The position numbers were made by a program, and so were the translations under genes. Shown here in pieces: positions 13,285-26,507 of a stretch of 64,000 nucleotides of DNA. The stretch comes from Tubulanus polymorphus. Taxonomy: Eukaryota; Animalia; Nemertea. Position 1 is the stretch's first letter; each line of letters opens with the position of its first letter. The stretch lies in assembly GCF_964204645.1 (NCBI RefSeq), contig NC_134027.1, positions 19,120,560-19,184,559 on the forward strand, read 5' to 3'. The notes under the pieces were generated by a model that was not told the DNA's origin, searched no databases, and saw only the letters and a list, made by a program, of their open reading frames with translations.

Positions 13285-13457
13285 ATAGATCCAAGTGCCA
13301 CAATCAGAAAACCGAAAAGTTAAAATATGAAAATGTTGAAATTTATTTTTAAATTCGAATTTTTGGTTTACCTCTTAGAACCGAAAATTCGGATTTTAAG
13401 ATATATTTTAACATTTTCTTATTTTAACTTTTGGGCTATGGTGGCATTTGGATCTAG
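13285..13457. repeat. Palindromic (foldback) MITE
   Basis: TAGATCCAAGTGCCACAAT pairs with ATGGTGGCATTTGGATCTA; arms pair almost to the centre. Confidence 0.7.
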
Positions 13458-14029
13458 TGGAATTCAAAGATCGGACTGTTACCGGGTATTTGCGGGAAAA
13501 ACAATTTTTATCGTGAATATACCGTAATAAATCGTCAACTGAACGTCATTACCAACGATTGAAAAGTCCTGTCAATTTCCCTTATAAATCATCTAAACCA
13601 ACGGTTTTTAACGTTTTTTCAAGAAACATCTAATTCCGCAGAAATCGGAAATACGACGGGATAACTCCAGCTGCTGGTGATTTTCCCTTTTTCGCGGAAT
13701 ATTTTTTTAGTGTACTCACTGACTGTGTCACCTTTGTTTTTGATACATGGTTCCCATAGTTAAATGAATTCAAAGTTCCTTGGTTTTTCCAAAGTATTTC
13801 ATGGGTGATTTTTCAATTTTACCAATTGGAAATAAACACATATCGTCATGCTACAGTCAACATTTTAGTGGTGACTGGTGAATCGCTGAAGAAAGATACC
13901 CTAGGCAAATGCAATATGTGAAATGTAATGAATTTCCCAACTAATTCCCTGATTTGAGGAAAAATTTTTCAAATTCCCAAATATTTCCAAACTTGAATTT
14001 TGTAAACTCCGCAGTTAGGCTGAATTTGA

Positions 14030-14745
14030 ACATATATCCAACTCTCTTAGAAAATTGGCTTACCCTGATCACATTTTGAAAATCGCTATTTCTAAGGCTA
14101 AACGTACTTTCTTCAATTCTAAACCTCCAGAAAATAAAAAACACATTTTAGAGTTCATTGTAGTTCCGTATGTACCTGTTTTGGAAAAGTTTCGTCACTC
14201 TCTCCCTTTATTGGATAAACAAATCATTTTCACGTATGAAAACAAAATTAGTAAGACTTTGGTTAAAAACAATCAATCTAAACCTTTGGACTGCGGAGTT
14301 TACAAAATTCCTTGTTTTGGCTGTGATAAAATTTACTTTGGAGAAACTAGTCGTGATTTAAAAACTCGAATTTCGGAACACAAAAAGGATATAATAAATC
14401 AAAAACCGGCTAGTGGCATAGCCAATCACGTTTGGAACACTGGTTCCAAGCATAATTCCCTTCTTTCTAAGTATATTACTTCATGCCTTGCCAAACACTA
14501 ATTATTAACTCACTCACCAATTTACTCAATTAACCTGTCCTCCTCTGTATATATACCCCCGTTTTTAATCTTAATCTCACACCTGACGATGATCTCTAGG
14601 GTGAGATCAAAACGTCGTGTCTTTTATATATTTTTGATTGAATGAATAAATTCTGGTTTTTAAATTCTTTTAATCTGTAAATAGTGGGATTTTATCTTAT
14701 TATCCGTTCACCACGTTTGAGTGTGGTTATCGTTCTATTCTATCT
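14030..14745 (+). mobile_element. Penelope-like retroelement, 5'-truncated (GIY-YIG endonuclease fragment plus pLTR)
   Basis: ORF 14055-14501: CGVYKIPCFGCDKIYFGETSRDLKTRISEH...IANH, the PLE GIY-YIG motif; followed by a pLTR-like tail also found at 62004-62162. Confidence 0.9.
14579..14620 (+). ncRNA. Minimal type I hammerhead ribozyme motif in the Penelope pLTR (core G to A change)
   Basis: ACAC-CTGACGA-T-GATCTC(TAGGGT)GAGATC-AAAA-CGTC-GTGT: stem I ACAC/GTGT, 6-bp stem II, GAAA changed to AAAA, GUC cleavage triplet. Confidence 0.75.
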
Positions 14746-16639
14746 AACATTATTTGCGACAAAAACATTTGTCTCCAGGGTGTATCTTAATTCGGACAAA
14801 CATGCATAATTGATATCCCCAATGAGGACTTTTCCCAAGATTCGCAATAATGACTGACCAAATGATAATTATTGCCAATAGAAGAGATAATTTATGGTCG
14901 CCTCATGGTTATATATGTTTCATTACATATATTGCTATGATAATAGTCTGTCCAGACTCAGTAATTGCTTCGCTCAATCGTTCGTCCAGAAATATGTTTG
15001 ACTCGGACAGTTATGTTGGGGGACACACTAGGTGATTACATCTCAAACCGCGCCGATTTTTGTCATCTAAAAATAGCTAACAATTTTGCCAGGATGATCA
15101 GTGATCATCATTTATTATAGTATAATTAGTTATAGTTGTATTAATTAATATAATACACAAATAAATGATCACTTTTGTGAAATCGAATTCTTTTTAGATT
15201 GGGAATAGTTTTTTAACAATAGTTTTTTAACCGGGATGCCTGGTATTTTGTTATCCCATGTCTAGGTGCTACCATTTGGTTTGATCACATGATTAAAATA
15301 TCATATTCAATCACATAAGTTGATTGTGGGGCCATTTAGTTGCTGGAGCTGATATGCAAAGCGAATTCTGATATGCTTGATATCGGTGATTTTAGTTGCA
15401 AGCTTGGATTTTCGGAAATTTCACCATTCGCCAAGTGTATCACAGCTTTGAAACCCAAAACTCGACTGAAGCATATGTATACTACCGAATCTATGTTGTA
15501 CCAATTGTATCTTTCAATAATGCGAAGGGGCAAAATGATTGAACATGAATCATAATTTCAGTTCCATGAAATTGAGAAGATTATCATCAAATACCAGTAA
15601 TAAAAAATTCAAAGTTTTAACAAGTTGTTGACAAAATCATGATTTCAATGCATTTAGGCCCTTTTGAATAATTGAGAAATCATTTGTAACTAATCATTAT
15701 TTGACCGACCTATTATTAAATACATTAAAAAACGCTTTTCATTTAGGCCTAAAACTAAATGTGCAATCATTAAATTCCTCGAGTTATTCATTAGAAGAGT
15801 GGGAGCTCGCAAGAAAGGTAATGCTGCAACTAAAAAACAAGAGCCCCAAGGGACACGATGGCTAGCCTTTTAGAATTTGCTTTTCATGAATTTGATGCAA
15901 TTTTTGAGTTGTTGCTGCATTTTCTGTTTTAATTTAATTTACACAGTGCAATCATGATGCAACACAGTAGCACAGACAGGCAGTATTTCAAAGATTCGGT
16001 ATTCTTTAGATGACAATGAATACGTAACAACAAGAGGACCACAAGGTTTTTGTGGAAGCCTCTCGGCCGCAACGCTAGATGGCAACATGCATCTATATAA
16101 TCACAGTCAAAGATGACAAATATTGCATCTTCCACACGCCATAAAGATGGTCAGTGTAGGTGGCGCAGCTGATGGCTGAGCCTACTCTAAAAGTTGTTTA
16201 TTGCAGGTGCCACTGAGCTAAAGCAACTTGGCAATCGTGTCAGTACAGGGAACGTTTTTGACGGGAATACTCATGTACACTACAAATGTACTTCAGAGAA
16301 AGTTTCATTTCATTCTTTTTAATGAGTTGGCTATTCAATTGTCATCACCAACAAACTACACAACTAACGTACTTCATAGAAAAGAGTTGTAAAATCTTGT
16401 AAATGCTTTGGCTCTTTTCTTTGATAACTCCATTGGTTTTTTCAGAGTGAGAATTGAATAAACGTCTCTCCACTTAGCAGCAGTTTTGCTACTCATTTAT
16501 TTGCATCACTTCTTCCGTGTTCCAAGTTTCAGCTGAACCTCAGCATTCATCCAATGTGCATTTTCCTTTAACTGTGGTCCCATTATTATAACAAAAGGAC
16601 AGAATTATCTTTGTCCCTAGACCTTTTATCGAAGATAGG

Positions 16640-16740
16640 CATCCTCCCTGGGGAAGGGATTTGAACCTGATGGCATTGCTACACTCAGCCATGACACGAA
16701 CCCTTGCCACATTAAACTTGAGGCACCGATCAGATTGCTC
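16640..16740. mobile_element. MITE family A, solitary decayed terminus
   Basis: CATCCTCCCTGGGGAAGGGATTTGAACCTGATGGCATTGCTACACTCAGCC matches the reverse complement of the family A right end. Confidence 0.75.
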
Positions 16741-17714
16741 ACTCAGATTGCTCACTGTATAATCACTGAGATAAATTTCATGGAAGAACTATAAATGGGA
16801 AAACCTAGGCTAAAATAAAACAGGATTTCTGATTGGCTAATAATGTCTAGTGTAGCAGGGCTTCATACCGTGGCGAGTCTCGATGCCAACAGGTTTTAAT
16901 CCCAACCAGGAGAGGATTGGACGAAATTCCATATTTCTAACAAGCTAAAATAAATTCAGGAACAAGAAGTGGTAATGCGCCTTGCAGCAGATAGACCTGA
17001 CCCAATAGAATATCGCATTGCACTTCTAATTCAATTCATAACTTTATTGTTACTTCATTATTCAGAGATGTAAGTGGCCAAAGGAAAAAAAAGGAAAATA
17101 GTTGATATCCGAAAAAATTGAGAAATTTTTCAAATTTTTAGTGCTCTCAGACACAATTTCACTGCATTTCTTTTTACCAGGAAGATGAAAAAATAACGGA
17201 ATTCCGTCAAAAAAATTGGAGTCTCACATCTATGATCATTACCGCTTCCGCTAAACAATTCTACACTGCAAGTGTATTTTGATTTTGCAATACATATCTT
17301 CTGATATGACTGCGATGATACCGAGTGGTTCACCCCGTCACTCCCAATTTATTGGGCGATTCTACACGATTTATATTGAAGAATGAAATTTTCCTCCAGG
17401 AAGTCAGAAATCCCGGTTTATTCAGTAAAACCTCATGTCTGTAAATTGTTATCAAAACGATGGTGTGGTAAGAAAAGGCGATAGTTATGTAGCATTCACT
17501 TGGAATATTTCGACCTGTGCTAAAATTTGGCACATTGTCCAATGTTTTTGGTTGGGCAATATCTTGCCTGTGTGAACCAGACAGGGACCCATTTGGCATC
17601 TGTGAGAACTGTGAACGATTAGCCTGAGCCTGATCTGTCCATGTTAAAGCTGACAATATTGCAGAGAAATGAAATCACATTACTGCATTCATATTTACAG
17701 TTTCATAGCCTTAC

Positions 17715-17798
17715 CTTATGTAGATTATATCCAGACTCAAATATAATTGGAGGCAGAAGTACAATGAAGAATATTGTAGGGGAAAATGCTTCCTCTTT
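17715..17798 (-). CDS. SLC9A8: NHE8 coding exon 5
   Basis: TTTTCCAG| ... AAG|GTAAGG, 84 nt; KEEAFSPTIFFIVLLPPIIFESGYNLHK (LLPPIIF NHE signature). Confidence 0.97.
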
Positions 17799-18488
17799 CT
17801 GGAAAAAAAATTGCATAACAAATCAATAGAAACAAAACAATAAGTTTTCTTATAATAAAAAAATCAAAAAAGTAACCATAAGAAGAGTTTTTAGTAATCA
17901 TATCCACTATGAGAGCCATGATTACTCTAAAATCAAGCCTTCACTGTGCAACTGACCCCTTGAGCCAATAGGTCCATAGTTGTTAATAATTTGACTCAGC
18001 ATTTGAACTTTAGAAATGAACTACTTCTACTCTCTTTTAACGAGAACTATGAAACTAATTCCAGAATTCATCCAACCTGATCCAACCTCCTGGTCGATAT
18101 ACAAAGACACCAATTACTAGTTAAAACCCATTGATATTCTTACGCAAAAAACCTTGTCCATCTAAGAACAATTACTGACATGACTAAGATGGCCGATGAT
18201 TGCATAACTTATCCAAAAACTCCTGTGATACGTTTAAAAACAAAGGCAAACTGCATGTTGTATTTAGAAGCTAAGTCTTTGAATCTAGGCTTTGTAGGGG
18301 CAAAGGTTTTGACCATCTAGTGTCTGATAAACCCTATTTTTCTTGTGACGATGACCTACATTTGGGCTGCAGATAGATCGCAGATAGGTTGCATATATAA
18401 ACCAAATATCAAAATAATCCATCAAAACAAAATTGAAGACTTCCCAAAAACAACCCAACAAATGGACATAAAATGAGAATTTCATTAC

Positions 18489-18547
18489 CGTCCAATTTCC
18501 AAGATCAAACTTAGTTAGAAGTCGTAATATCAGACCAATGAAAGCAC
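18489..18547 (-). CDS. SLC9A8: NHE8 coding exon 4
   Basis: TTATTAG| ... ACG|GTAATG, 59 nt, phase 1/0; GAFIGLILRLLTKFDLGNWT. Confidence 0.92.
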
Positions 18548-18629
18548 CTAATAAGAAAAACAAAACAAATTTATGTAAAAAAACTATTTTTACCGATATG
18601 AAATGGGTAGCCGAAATCTTATTTCTTAC

Positions 18630-18710
18630 CTAATAATATAATAGCTATGCTTTCAGGAAGGTACTGGAATTTCGTTTTGATCAATAGATGTGTTAACAAT
18701 ATACACAGAG
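18630..18710 (-). CDS. SLC9A8: NHE8 coding exon 3
   Basis: TTTGCAG| ... G|GTAAGA, 81 nt, phase 1/1; ALCILLTHLLIKTKFQYLPESIAIILL with the NHE LPES motif. Confidence 0.95.
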
Positions 18711-19659
18711 CTGCAAATTAGAAAATAAAAACCTATACGAACATATCCTCAACAAGTTAAAAATTCTTAAAATTGACTTGTGTTTTGATGGTGCAGAATT
18801 TGAGAATCATTAGAGAGACTCGAACAGAAAATTGATTTATTAATGAGAAAAGTTGATTCATCTCAGGCCCTAATTGAAATGTGGAAGAAATTGAAGCGCA
18901 GTAACCACAAGCAAACCTTGCAGATCATCGCAGAATCCTCTGTTGCATTGTCTTTACCTCATTGGAGGAGTTTTCATTAATTGATAATAAAATCAATGTA
19001 ACTAAAGCCGCGTTCACACTAGATTCGGCGCTTATGAAGTACCGTACTTCGCTGGTGCCAAATTAACCATAATACGGTGCTTACACAGTCATCACATTCA
19101 CACGAGTCGGCAATTCGGCACTTAGTAAGCCAAGTATAGTAGTCACCAGGTGTGCCGATAGAGGGGAGTGTAATTAGTGTTGAGTGTATTGTACTACGCG
19201 GATGTAAATCAAGGGCTAGCTAAGCACTGAATCTGCGTTTACACTACAGAAAATACGCGGCTGAGGTCAATTTTCTTGCTTTGAAAATTATACACAGCAG
19301 CCATTTGTGCTTAAATATAATAATGGATTCAAATCTTTTTGGATTTTCTAAGAATGTGATAATCATATTTGAGAATGATATATTGGGCATCAATAGTTCA
19401 GAGATGTGATTGTCATGTTGAGCTATCTGTGCATGCTCAGACATCCCATATTGATTACATCATCACGAAAACATCTTGCGCCGTAAAAAAAGCTCACAAG
19501 TGTATGACACAGAAGACGAGTTCTGATACACTGCATTTTGTGAGCAAGATAGCCTATGTCTGGGCAGGTTTCCTGAGGCAAGACGAAATTTTGTACAAAA
19601 ACCAACCTTGTTATCAGTTAACAAATTACTATGAAATTGAATAGCATAAAAGCCACTAT

Positions 19660-22600
19660 TGTGACATTGAAATTTCGACCTCCTTCGGCTAAGCAGTCAT
19701 CAAATTTCAAAAGTCATTCTACGATCTACCGTTCTACCGTTTCGGACCTTTGGGTTTATTGGTTGCTTCAGAGCTTTTGGATTGTTATATGTTTCTTTTC
19801 GCTGCTGTGATTCTGATTTCGCGGTTTGAGTTTTTCCGGGTTTAACATTATGTACGTGCATTTCTGTTCAGTTAGGTTTGTGACTGCGTAGTGTTTTGGT
19901 CACTGCAGTGTTTTGTTATATGAAGAAGTGGAATAAATTGTTAGTTGGTTGGTTTTCCTCTGTTTCCGTCCAATTTAATTGATTTTTGAAAATAACAACA
20001 ATATTCTGTAAACCTTAACGTTTTGTAATTTGTATTGCAGTTAATGATTATATTCTAATAAACCAGTAAAAATTGTCTGGTATTCCGTTGATGGTTTTTG
20101 GATTCGTCCTCGGACAAAGAGTTGAAATTTACCGCCAATAACATGTCGTCGGTAGAAAGTCTAAAAAAAATCAAGTTCCAGTTATGCTGGCTGGTTGACT
20201 CGGAATCTAGCTAAAGTTGCTGACTCATCTGCTGTAGCCGCACCTATTCTGCGAAGTAGAATCTTATCGCAGTTTGAAACTTTGCAGTCAGCCCATTCGC
20301 AGTATTAGCTGGCCGCAGGGTTGGACGTCGATGCGGAAGTCGAAGAAGCTTGGCTCGATGATTATCAGCAGAGAGTTACTGACGCCGTGGAGTTGTTAGA
20401 GAAAATTTTTGTAAGTAGATCACCGTCGTCGCCGCTGAATGCGAATGCAGGGGATCCGGATTCGGCTAGTCATCCGGATTCGCCTAGTCCTCAACATCCT
20501 CCACCGGCAGGGATTCGAACCTGATGGCATCGAGATTGCCACGGCCCGAAACCCTGCCATAATCGACCATGTGCACAGATACATGCGCAGTTCAGATGAT
20601 GTGATTTTTAGCCAATCAGAAATCCCGTTTTATTTTAGCCCGGGTTTTCCCATTTATAGTTCATCCTTGAAATTTGCCTCAACGATTATACAACGAGCAA
20701 TCTGATTGGTGCAGCCAGTTTTCGTTCGGAAAGCTGCACATGTAACTGCGCACCCGGTCTACTGATGCAGGGGTTCGTGCCGTGGCTGAGTGTAGCGATG
20801 CCATCAGGTTCGAGTCCCTGCAGAGGGAGGATGAGTCCTCAACCACAGCAGTCTATGGGAGCCAGTATGGATACACATGATCAACCGCAGCAGTCGATAG
20901 TATTCAACCCCTGGATTGATGAGTTGCAGTTAGGAGTAGAGACGATCCTGCCACTGGCACCCAAAGTAAGTTTAGAATTCAGCATGTCAAAGCTTATTGT
21001 TGATAGAGACTTGCCAAAAATTGAGGTTCACGTATTTGATGGTTCACCAATTAGGCCTATGTGGCCAAGATTCATAGAGCAGTTCCATTCTTGCCCAGGA
21101 ATCAGTGAGGCGGTTAGATCTGTTACAATCCCATGTTAAGGGCGAAGCTAAGAGATTAATTGAGGGCCTTAGTTTTAGTTCAGTTAATTACGCTCAATGT
21201 GTCAAGGAGCTTAAGTTTGCGTTCGGCCATAGAATTCATATAGCACGGGCGTAAATTGACGCTAATGTCAATGGGAGTCAAATCCCTTCTTATGACTCAC
21301 TTGCCTTGCGAGAGTTCTATATCTCTGTAAGGGATTGTGTAACTACTTTGAATCGTCTTGGTCATTGGTATGAATTGGGAAGTGGTGAAGTTGTTCAACG
21401 TGCGTCTTGTAGAATACCCATGGAAAAACGTAGTAAGTAGAATGATTATGTAAGACGTATACATCAACCCACATTAATGGATATGATGAACTGGTTACGA
21501 GATTGTGTAGACTCTGACTTCGGTCCGTTTGCCATTCCTTGCAAGAAGCGTAGTAGTAACTCTGGACTGTCGACAAGTAGTATGAATACTGTAGTGTCTA
21601 GAAAAGAGACAGACCTTAAGTCTGGTACTAAATCTTGTTCATTTTGTCACCAATCGCCTCATCACTTATCTAGGTGCAAATGTTATTTAGAAAAGAGTGT
21701 TATGGATCGCTTCAATTTTGTCAAGAGTGCTAATCTATGTATTGATTGTCTTTATCCAGGTCACCGTCTTGTAAGTTATCTGTCGCAAGCAACATGCAAA
21801 GAGCCGTCATGTGGAAAGAAGCATCATTCCACCCTCCATCGTAGTTGGTCTTCCAAGTCTGAACAGTCGAAACCCCAGTCGTTAATTACACATAGACAAA
21901 GTGGTGAAAATGATATTTCTCCCGTAAATAGTAACACATATTCAAGCGAGATCAATATGAAAGTAAATTTTCAATTGCTCCCAGTTGTGATACACGGTAA
22001 TAAAGGCCGAATCATAGAATCTTATGCGATGTTGGATTCTGCGAGTTTGATTGATTGCGAATTAGCCCGGGATCTTGGGCTAAAAGGTAAGCGTTGTAAG
22101 CTAAAAATTAAAACATTGGGTTCTGATAAAAAGAAACATTGCAGTTCGTGTCATTCAATGTTCGTGGTTACAATCCGAATTCGAGTCCCATAGAGGTAAA
22201 GGCATGGACTCACAGTGGAGGGTTGAATTGTCCCGCTCAAATCGCTGATCTTGATTACCCTCACATAAAAGGCATTTCGTTGTCCGAGGTTAACCCTTCC
22301 ATGGTAAGACTTTTGATTGGTGCAAACGTTCCTAAGCCCATATCCAGTTGAACCAGTGATGATGATTCTCAGCCCTTGTTGGTTGAAGGTTGGTGTTTGT
22401 TCTGTCATGAATGATCCTTCGTTTGTTAATTTCATTGCTAAATACTGTCGTCACTGAGGAGTGATCTTCATGCGCAGGTAGAGAGATTTTGGAAGTTCGA
22501 ATCATCTGGTTTACATGATCCTAAGTTGGGCGATTCCGTCGAAGATAGATTGTCTAGAAAAATTTTGGATTCTTCTCGTAAACTTGTAGATGGTCAGTAT

Positions 22601-25467
22601 GAAGTGGGCATGTTGTGGCGTGATCCTGAGGAAACTATGCCTGATAATAGGCATATTGCCGAGTGCAGGTTCAAAACCCTTAAGTGTAAGTTGAATTCTA
22701 ATCCTGGGTTAAGGGTTGGTTATTGCGATGTAATAAACGGATATATTAGTAAGGGTTTTGCTCGTAAGTTAACTCCTCTGGAGATCGCTGCAGTAGGTCC
22801 TAAAACTTGGTACCTTCCTCACCACTGTGTGATAAATCCACATTAGCCTAAGCCCCGTGTCTTGTTTGATGCAGCTGCTACTTGCAATGGTATTTCTTTA
22901 AATAGTCAGTTGATGAACGGTACAGATCTTCTTAATTCTCTATTTGGAGTGTTGCAGCCATTTAGGTTTAACGAGGTTGCTATAGTTTCGGACATCAAAG
23001 CTATGTATGTTTCATCAGGTTCGGGTACCTGAGTCTGATTCCAATAGTCTTAGGTTTGTCTGGCAGGATGATTTAAATAATGATAGACCTCCGGATGTTT
23101 ACAAAATGGTTGTGCATATTTTTGGAGCCAAAGATAGTCCTTGCTGTGCAAATTACGCTTTTAAGCATTGTGCTTACGACAATATTGATGATTTTAGTTC
23201 ATTATGTATGCAAACTGTCTTAGATGATTTCTATGTCGATGATTTTCTCAAATCATTAGTGGACGCTGGAATTGCTTTGTCTTTGGTTGATGAGGTAACT
23301 CGGATTTGGATAGAGGCGGATTTCATGGCTGTCAAATGATAGGAAGATTCTTTCGCAGATTGATGAGTCTGAGCGCACAAATCCAAAGTTAGATATGTTT
23401 CTGGATGAACTTCCTGTTGAAAGGGCATTAGGTATTAAGTGGAGTGTAGAGTCAGAGTTTTGTTTTGTTTTTAGACCCGTCAAAAGGGAGGGACCCCCAC
23501 GAAGTGCTGTGTGTTGAGTGTAGTCTCTTCCATCTGTGATCCGTTTGGGTTTCTTGCCCCTTTTACCTTCATAGCCAAGGGTTTCTTCAGGCGATTTGGA
23601 AGTGTAATCTGGATTGGGATGATCAGTTATCCGGCGAATTGTTGGATAGATGGAATAATTGGCTGTCTGAGTTGGTTTGTCAGGTTTTCAAATTCCTAGG
23701 CATCACCCTGGTCTCCTTCCAAATCCATCATTTGTGGAGTTTCATTTGTTTTCGGACGCCTCTGAGCGTGGTTATGCTTCTGTATGTTAATTGCGATTTA
23801 GTGTCAATGATGAAGTAGGCTATTCGTTCATTGCTGCTAAGTCTCATGTTGCGCCAATTAAGCAAGTCGTTACTATCCCTAAGTTGGTATTAGAGGGAGC
23901 AGTTTTGTCCACTCGATTATATAAACTTTTTAAAAATGAGTTGTCCAGTTTGACAGCGGATTGTGTCTTTTCTGGTCAGACTGTGCTGAGATACATCAAC
24001 AATTCCGATACTAGGTTTAAAACGTTTGTCTCTAATCGTTTGTCGAGATTCACAGTTGTTCGTCCCCTGTTCAGTGGAAATACGTCCCATCGGAGATATA
24101 TCCTGCAGATGTTTGTACTCGTGGACTTTCCATTCGCGATCTTATCAGTTCTCGGTTCTGGGGTAACGGTCCAATGTTTTTAGATGGGGACGGTCGTTGG
24201 CCAGATCAAAGTATCATATCAGGTTCTGTTTCGAGGATGATGAGAATATTCGTAAACACGTAAATGTTCAAACGTGTGTTCACATTTCTACAGGTCACCC
24301 TAAGTCATTATCTCATTTGGATCTTGGTGAAATTGTTGATGTGGAGAGGTTCTCTGGTTGGTATGAGTTGAAGCGTCACGTCACTTGGATTTTACGTGCT
24401 GTTAGGAAATTGGCTGGTCGCCGTATTGGGATACCTGTAGGTGCGTCGTGTATACATTTGCTGCCGTCCGAGATAAGAGTTGCCGAAGACTACCTTGTGA
24501 GATTTGCGCAGTCGCAAATGTTCACTAGTGATATCGCCTCTTTCAAGGGAGAGTTCTCTGCAGCCATTAACGCCATTCTTTGATGGTTAGTTCATCAGCG
24601 TAGGTGGTCGTCTGCCTAAAGCAGAGATTCTGTTCGAAACTAAGCATCAGATTCTTTTGCCTTATGGTTATCATGTTACTAGATTGATTCTTTCCAGTAT
24701 ACACAAGTATTTGGCACAATGCGGTCCTGAGCATATAAAGGCTCGCGTCATGGCTCTCTCAGTTTGCCGGTCCTGTAAGGCCTTGTGTTGCGTTCGCAGA
24801 TTCGCTTGTCCTAATTCCATTCCGTTGATGGCTGATTTACCATCTCGAGTTATCGATATTGTCAGCCTTTGCTTCAACAGGTGTAGATTATTTTGGCCCC
24901 ATGTGTGTGAAGCTCGGCTGTAGTAGGATCAAATGTTGGGGATGTTTGTTCACTTGTCTCACAACTAGGGCCATTCATTTGGATTTGGCCGATTCTCTCA
25001 AGACGGATGATTTTATTCTATTCCTCAGGCATTTCATTGGTCGTTCAGGTCCTCCTAAACAATTGCACAGTGATAACGGTTCTAATTTCATAGAGGTGGA
25101 GGAGCTTCGTGACAGTATCTGTAGGTGGAATCAAGCTCAAATACATAATTTTCTTCTGCAGAAGGAGGTCCGCTGGCATTTTCCCCCGCCTAACGCCCCA
25201 CATTTCGGTGGTACTTGGGAGAGATTGGTGAGCACCACTAAGCAAGCCCTGAAGTTAATACTTGGGGGGCAGATCGTACAGGAATCAGTATTGCGCACAG
25301 CCTTGGTAGAAGTCGAGGCAGTCATAAATAGCCGTCCTTTGACTTATAACAGCAGTGATCCTCATGATTTCACGGCTATAACGCCAAACCATTACCTCCA
25401 CGGTGGTGCTACAAGTATTTTACCTCCCGTTGTAATCACTTCACGTGGAACCGTCGCAAATCGTTAA
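19660..25467 (+). mobile_element. BEL/Pao LTR retrotransposon, decayed and 3'-truncated, antisense within NHE8 intron 2
   Basis: Fragmented ORFs in BEL order: gag (LPKIEVHVFDGSP), triple Cys/His knuckle (CSFC...HHSTLH), protease (YAMLDS), RT (WYLPHH, FYVDD), RNase H (FSDASERGY), integrase (GVDYFGP, DNGSNF, GGTWERLV). Many stops and frameshifts. Probable 5' LTR from TG at 19660 to about 20000-20116; no 3' LTR seen. Confidence 0.95.
20495..20833. mobile_element. MITE family A (CATC...GATG ends, 9-bp TSD, MULE-like) inserted in BEL gag
   Basis: Roughly 100-bp imperfect TIRs CATCCTCC...GGAGGATG; TSD AGTCCTCAA on both sides; removal restores gag PSPQPQQS. Confidence 0.92.
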
Positions 25468-25782
25468 GTTGATTTTTGAATATGGATTTTGCTAATGTAT
25501 AAGTCCAAAAAAACTCCAAAAGGAACAAATGTAGGCCTCAATATCATTTTCGCGTTTCAGTCCCAAGTGATTGACCAATGTTACGTGCAGAAGCTAGCTA
25601 GAAGCAGGAGTTTAGATCAAGCTAGCAGCACTCAGTACTAGTGACCAAGCACAAATTGAAATCATTCAAGGGTAACTGACACCAGCGCAACCATGACAAT
25701 TTTTCTCCTCAGTTGCATTGGTTTCAATCGCATCACAGCCCAAAGCTATTAAGAAAGAAAGCAAAGGTTCACAATAACTTAC

Positions 25783-25943
25783 CAACTACAAGTAAAATGA
25801 AGAATAGGTTCATAGTATAATGATGTTCAGCTTCTGCAGAACCTTTTTTCGGTAAATCCACATCAGCTTTAGCACTGCTCGTTGTTACTGGAACTAGTGT
25901 AGTTGACACATTGTTTGTTTCAGAAATACCCGGCAATGATGAA
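25783..25943 (-). CDS. SLC9A8: NHE8 coding exon 2
   Basis: TTTTTCAG| acceptor, G|GTAAGT donor; encodes ...AEAEHHYTMNLFFILLVV, resembling vertebrate NHE8 EQSSGMTIFFSLLVL. Confidence 0.9.
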
Positions 25944-26507
25944 CTGAAAAACAATGTTTCCATAATGGACATTAGCTGATGCTAAAATCAACCGGAGACA
26001 GTCATACTCTCAATATGATGATCTAGCCCCAAGTGGGCTAAAAATCAAATTTTACACTTAGGGTTAGATTTAGATTTTAGGGTTAGTATTAGCAGGGATG
26101 ATAAGAAGCCATCATTAAAACGTCAGAAAATCTTAAATCTCTTAATAACTTAGAAATAACAAACGCCGTAGGCGTGAAGTTACTGTCAGTGCCAGCTGCC
26201 AGCTGAGCGCCAAAAGCACGAAGTAATGTCGGGTGGTCTTCCCTCCCTCAGAAAATTTAGATTTTTCACATCATCTGAGATCATTTTTCAGCAGTTTTCA
26301 GTAAGGGTTTACCTTATATTACTAGTTTCATTCATAATAAGTTAGGCCGAATTCTCCGAAATTCTGGTCGAAAGCGCTGTTTGTTTTAAAAAATCATGGT
26401 CATATTTACTTCCAGGCTGGTGCGGTACAGACGGATTTTGCTGATTTTTGGGGATTAATCGAACGATTTAACAATCTCAAAGGCACTCAAATCTTTCTCA
26501 AACACCC

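Noticed and set aside
17515-17649. Extra NHE8 exon suggested by ORF 17330-17656
   Set aside because: Phase incompatible (immediate stop after exon 5), poor donor GTCGAA, and exons 5 and 6 already join seamlessly.
20775-20833. tRNA gene suggested by A-box and B-box motifs
   Set aside because: Only 13 nt between the boxes, no anticodon arm or cloverleaf, and it lies within a TSD-flanked TIR.
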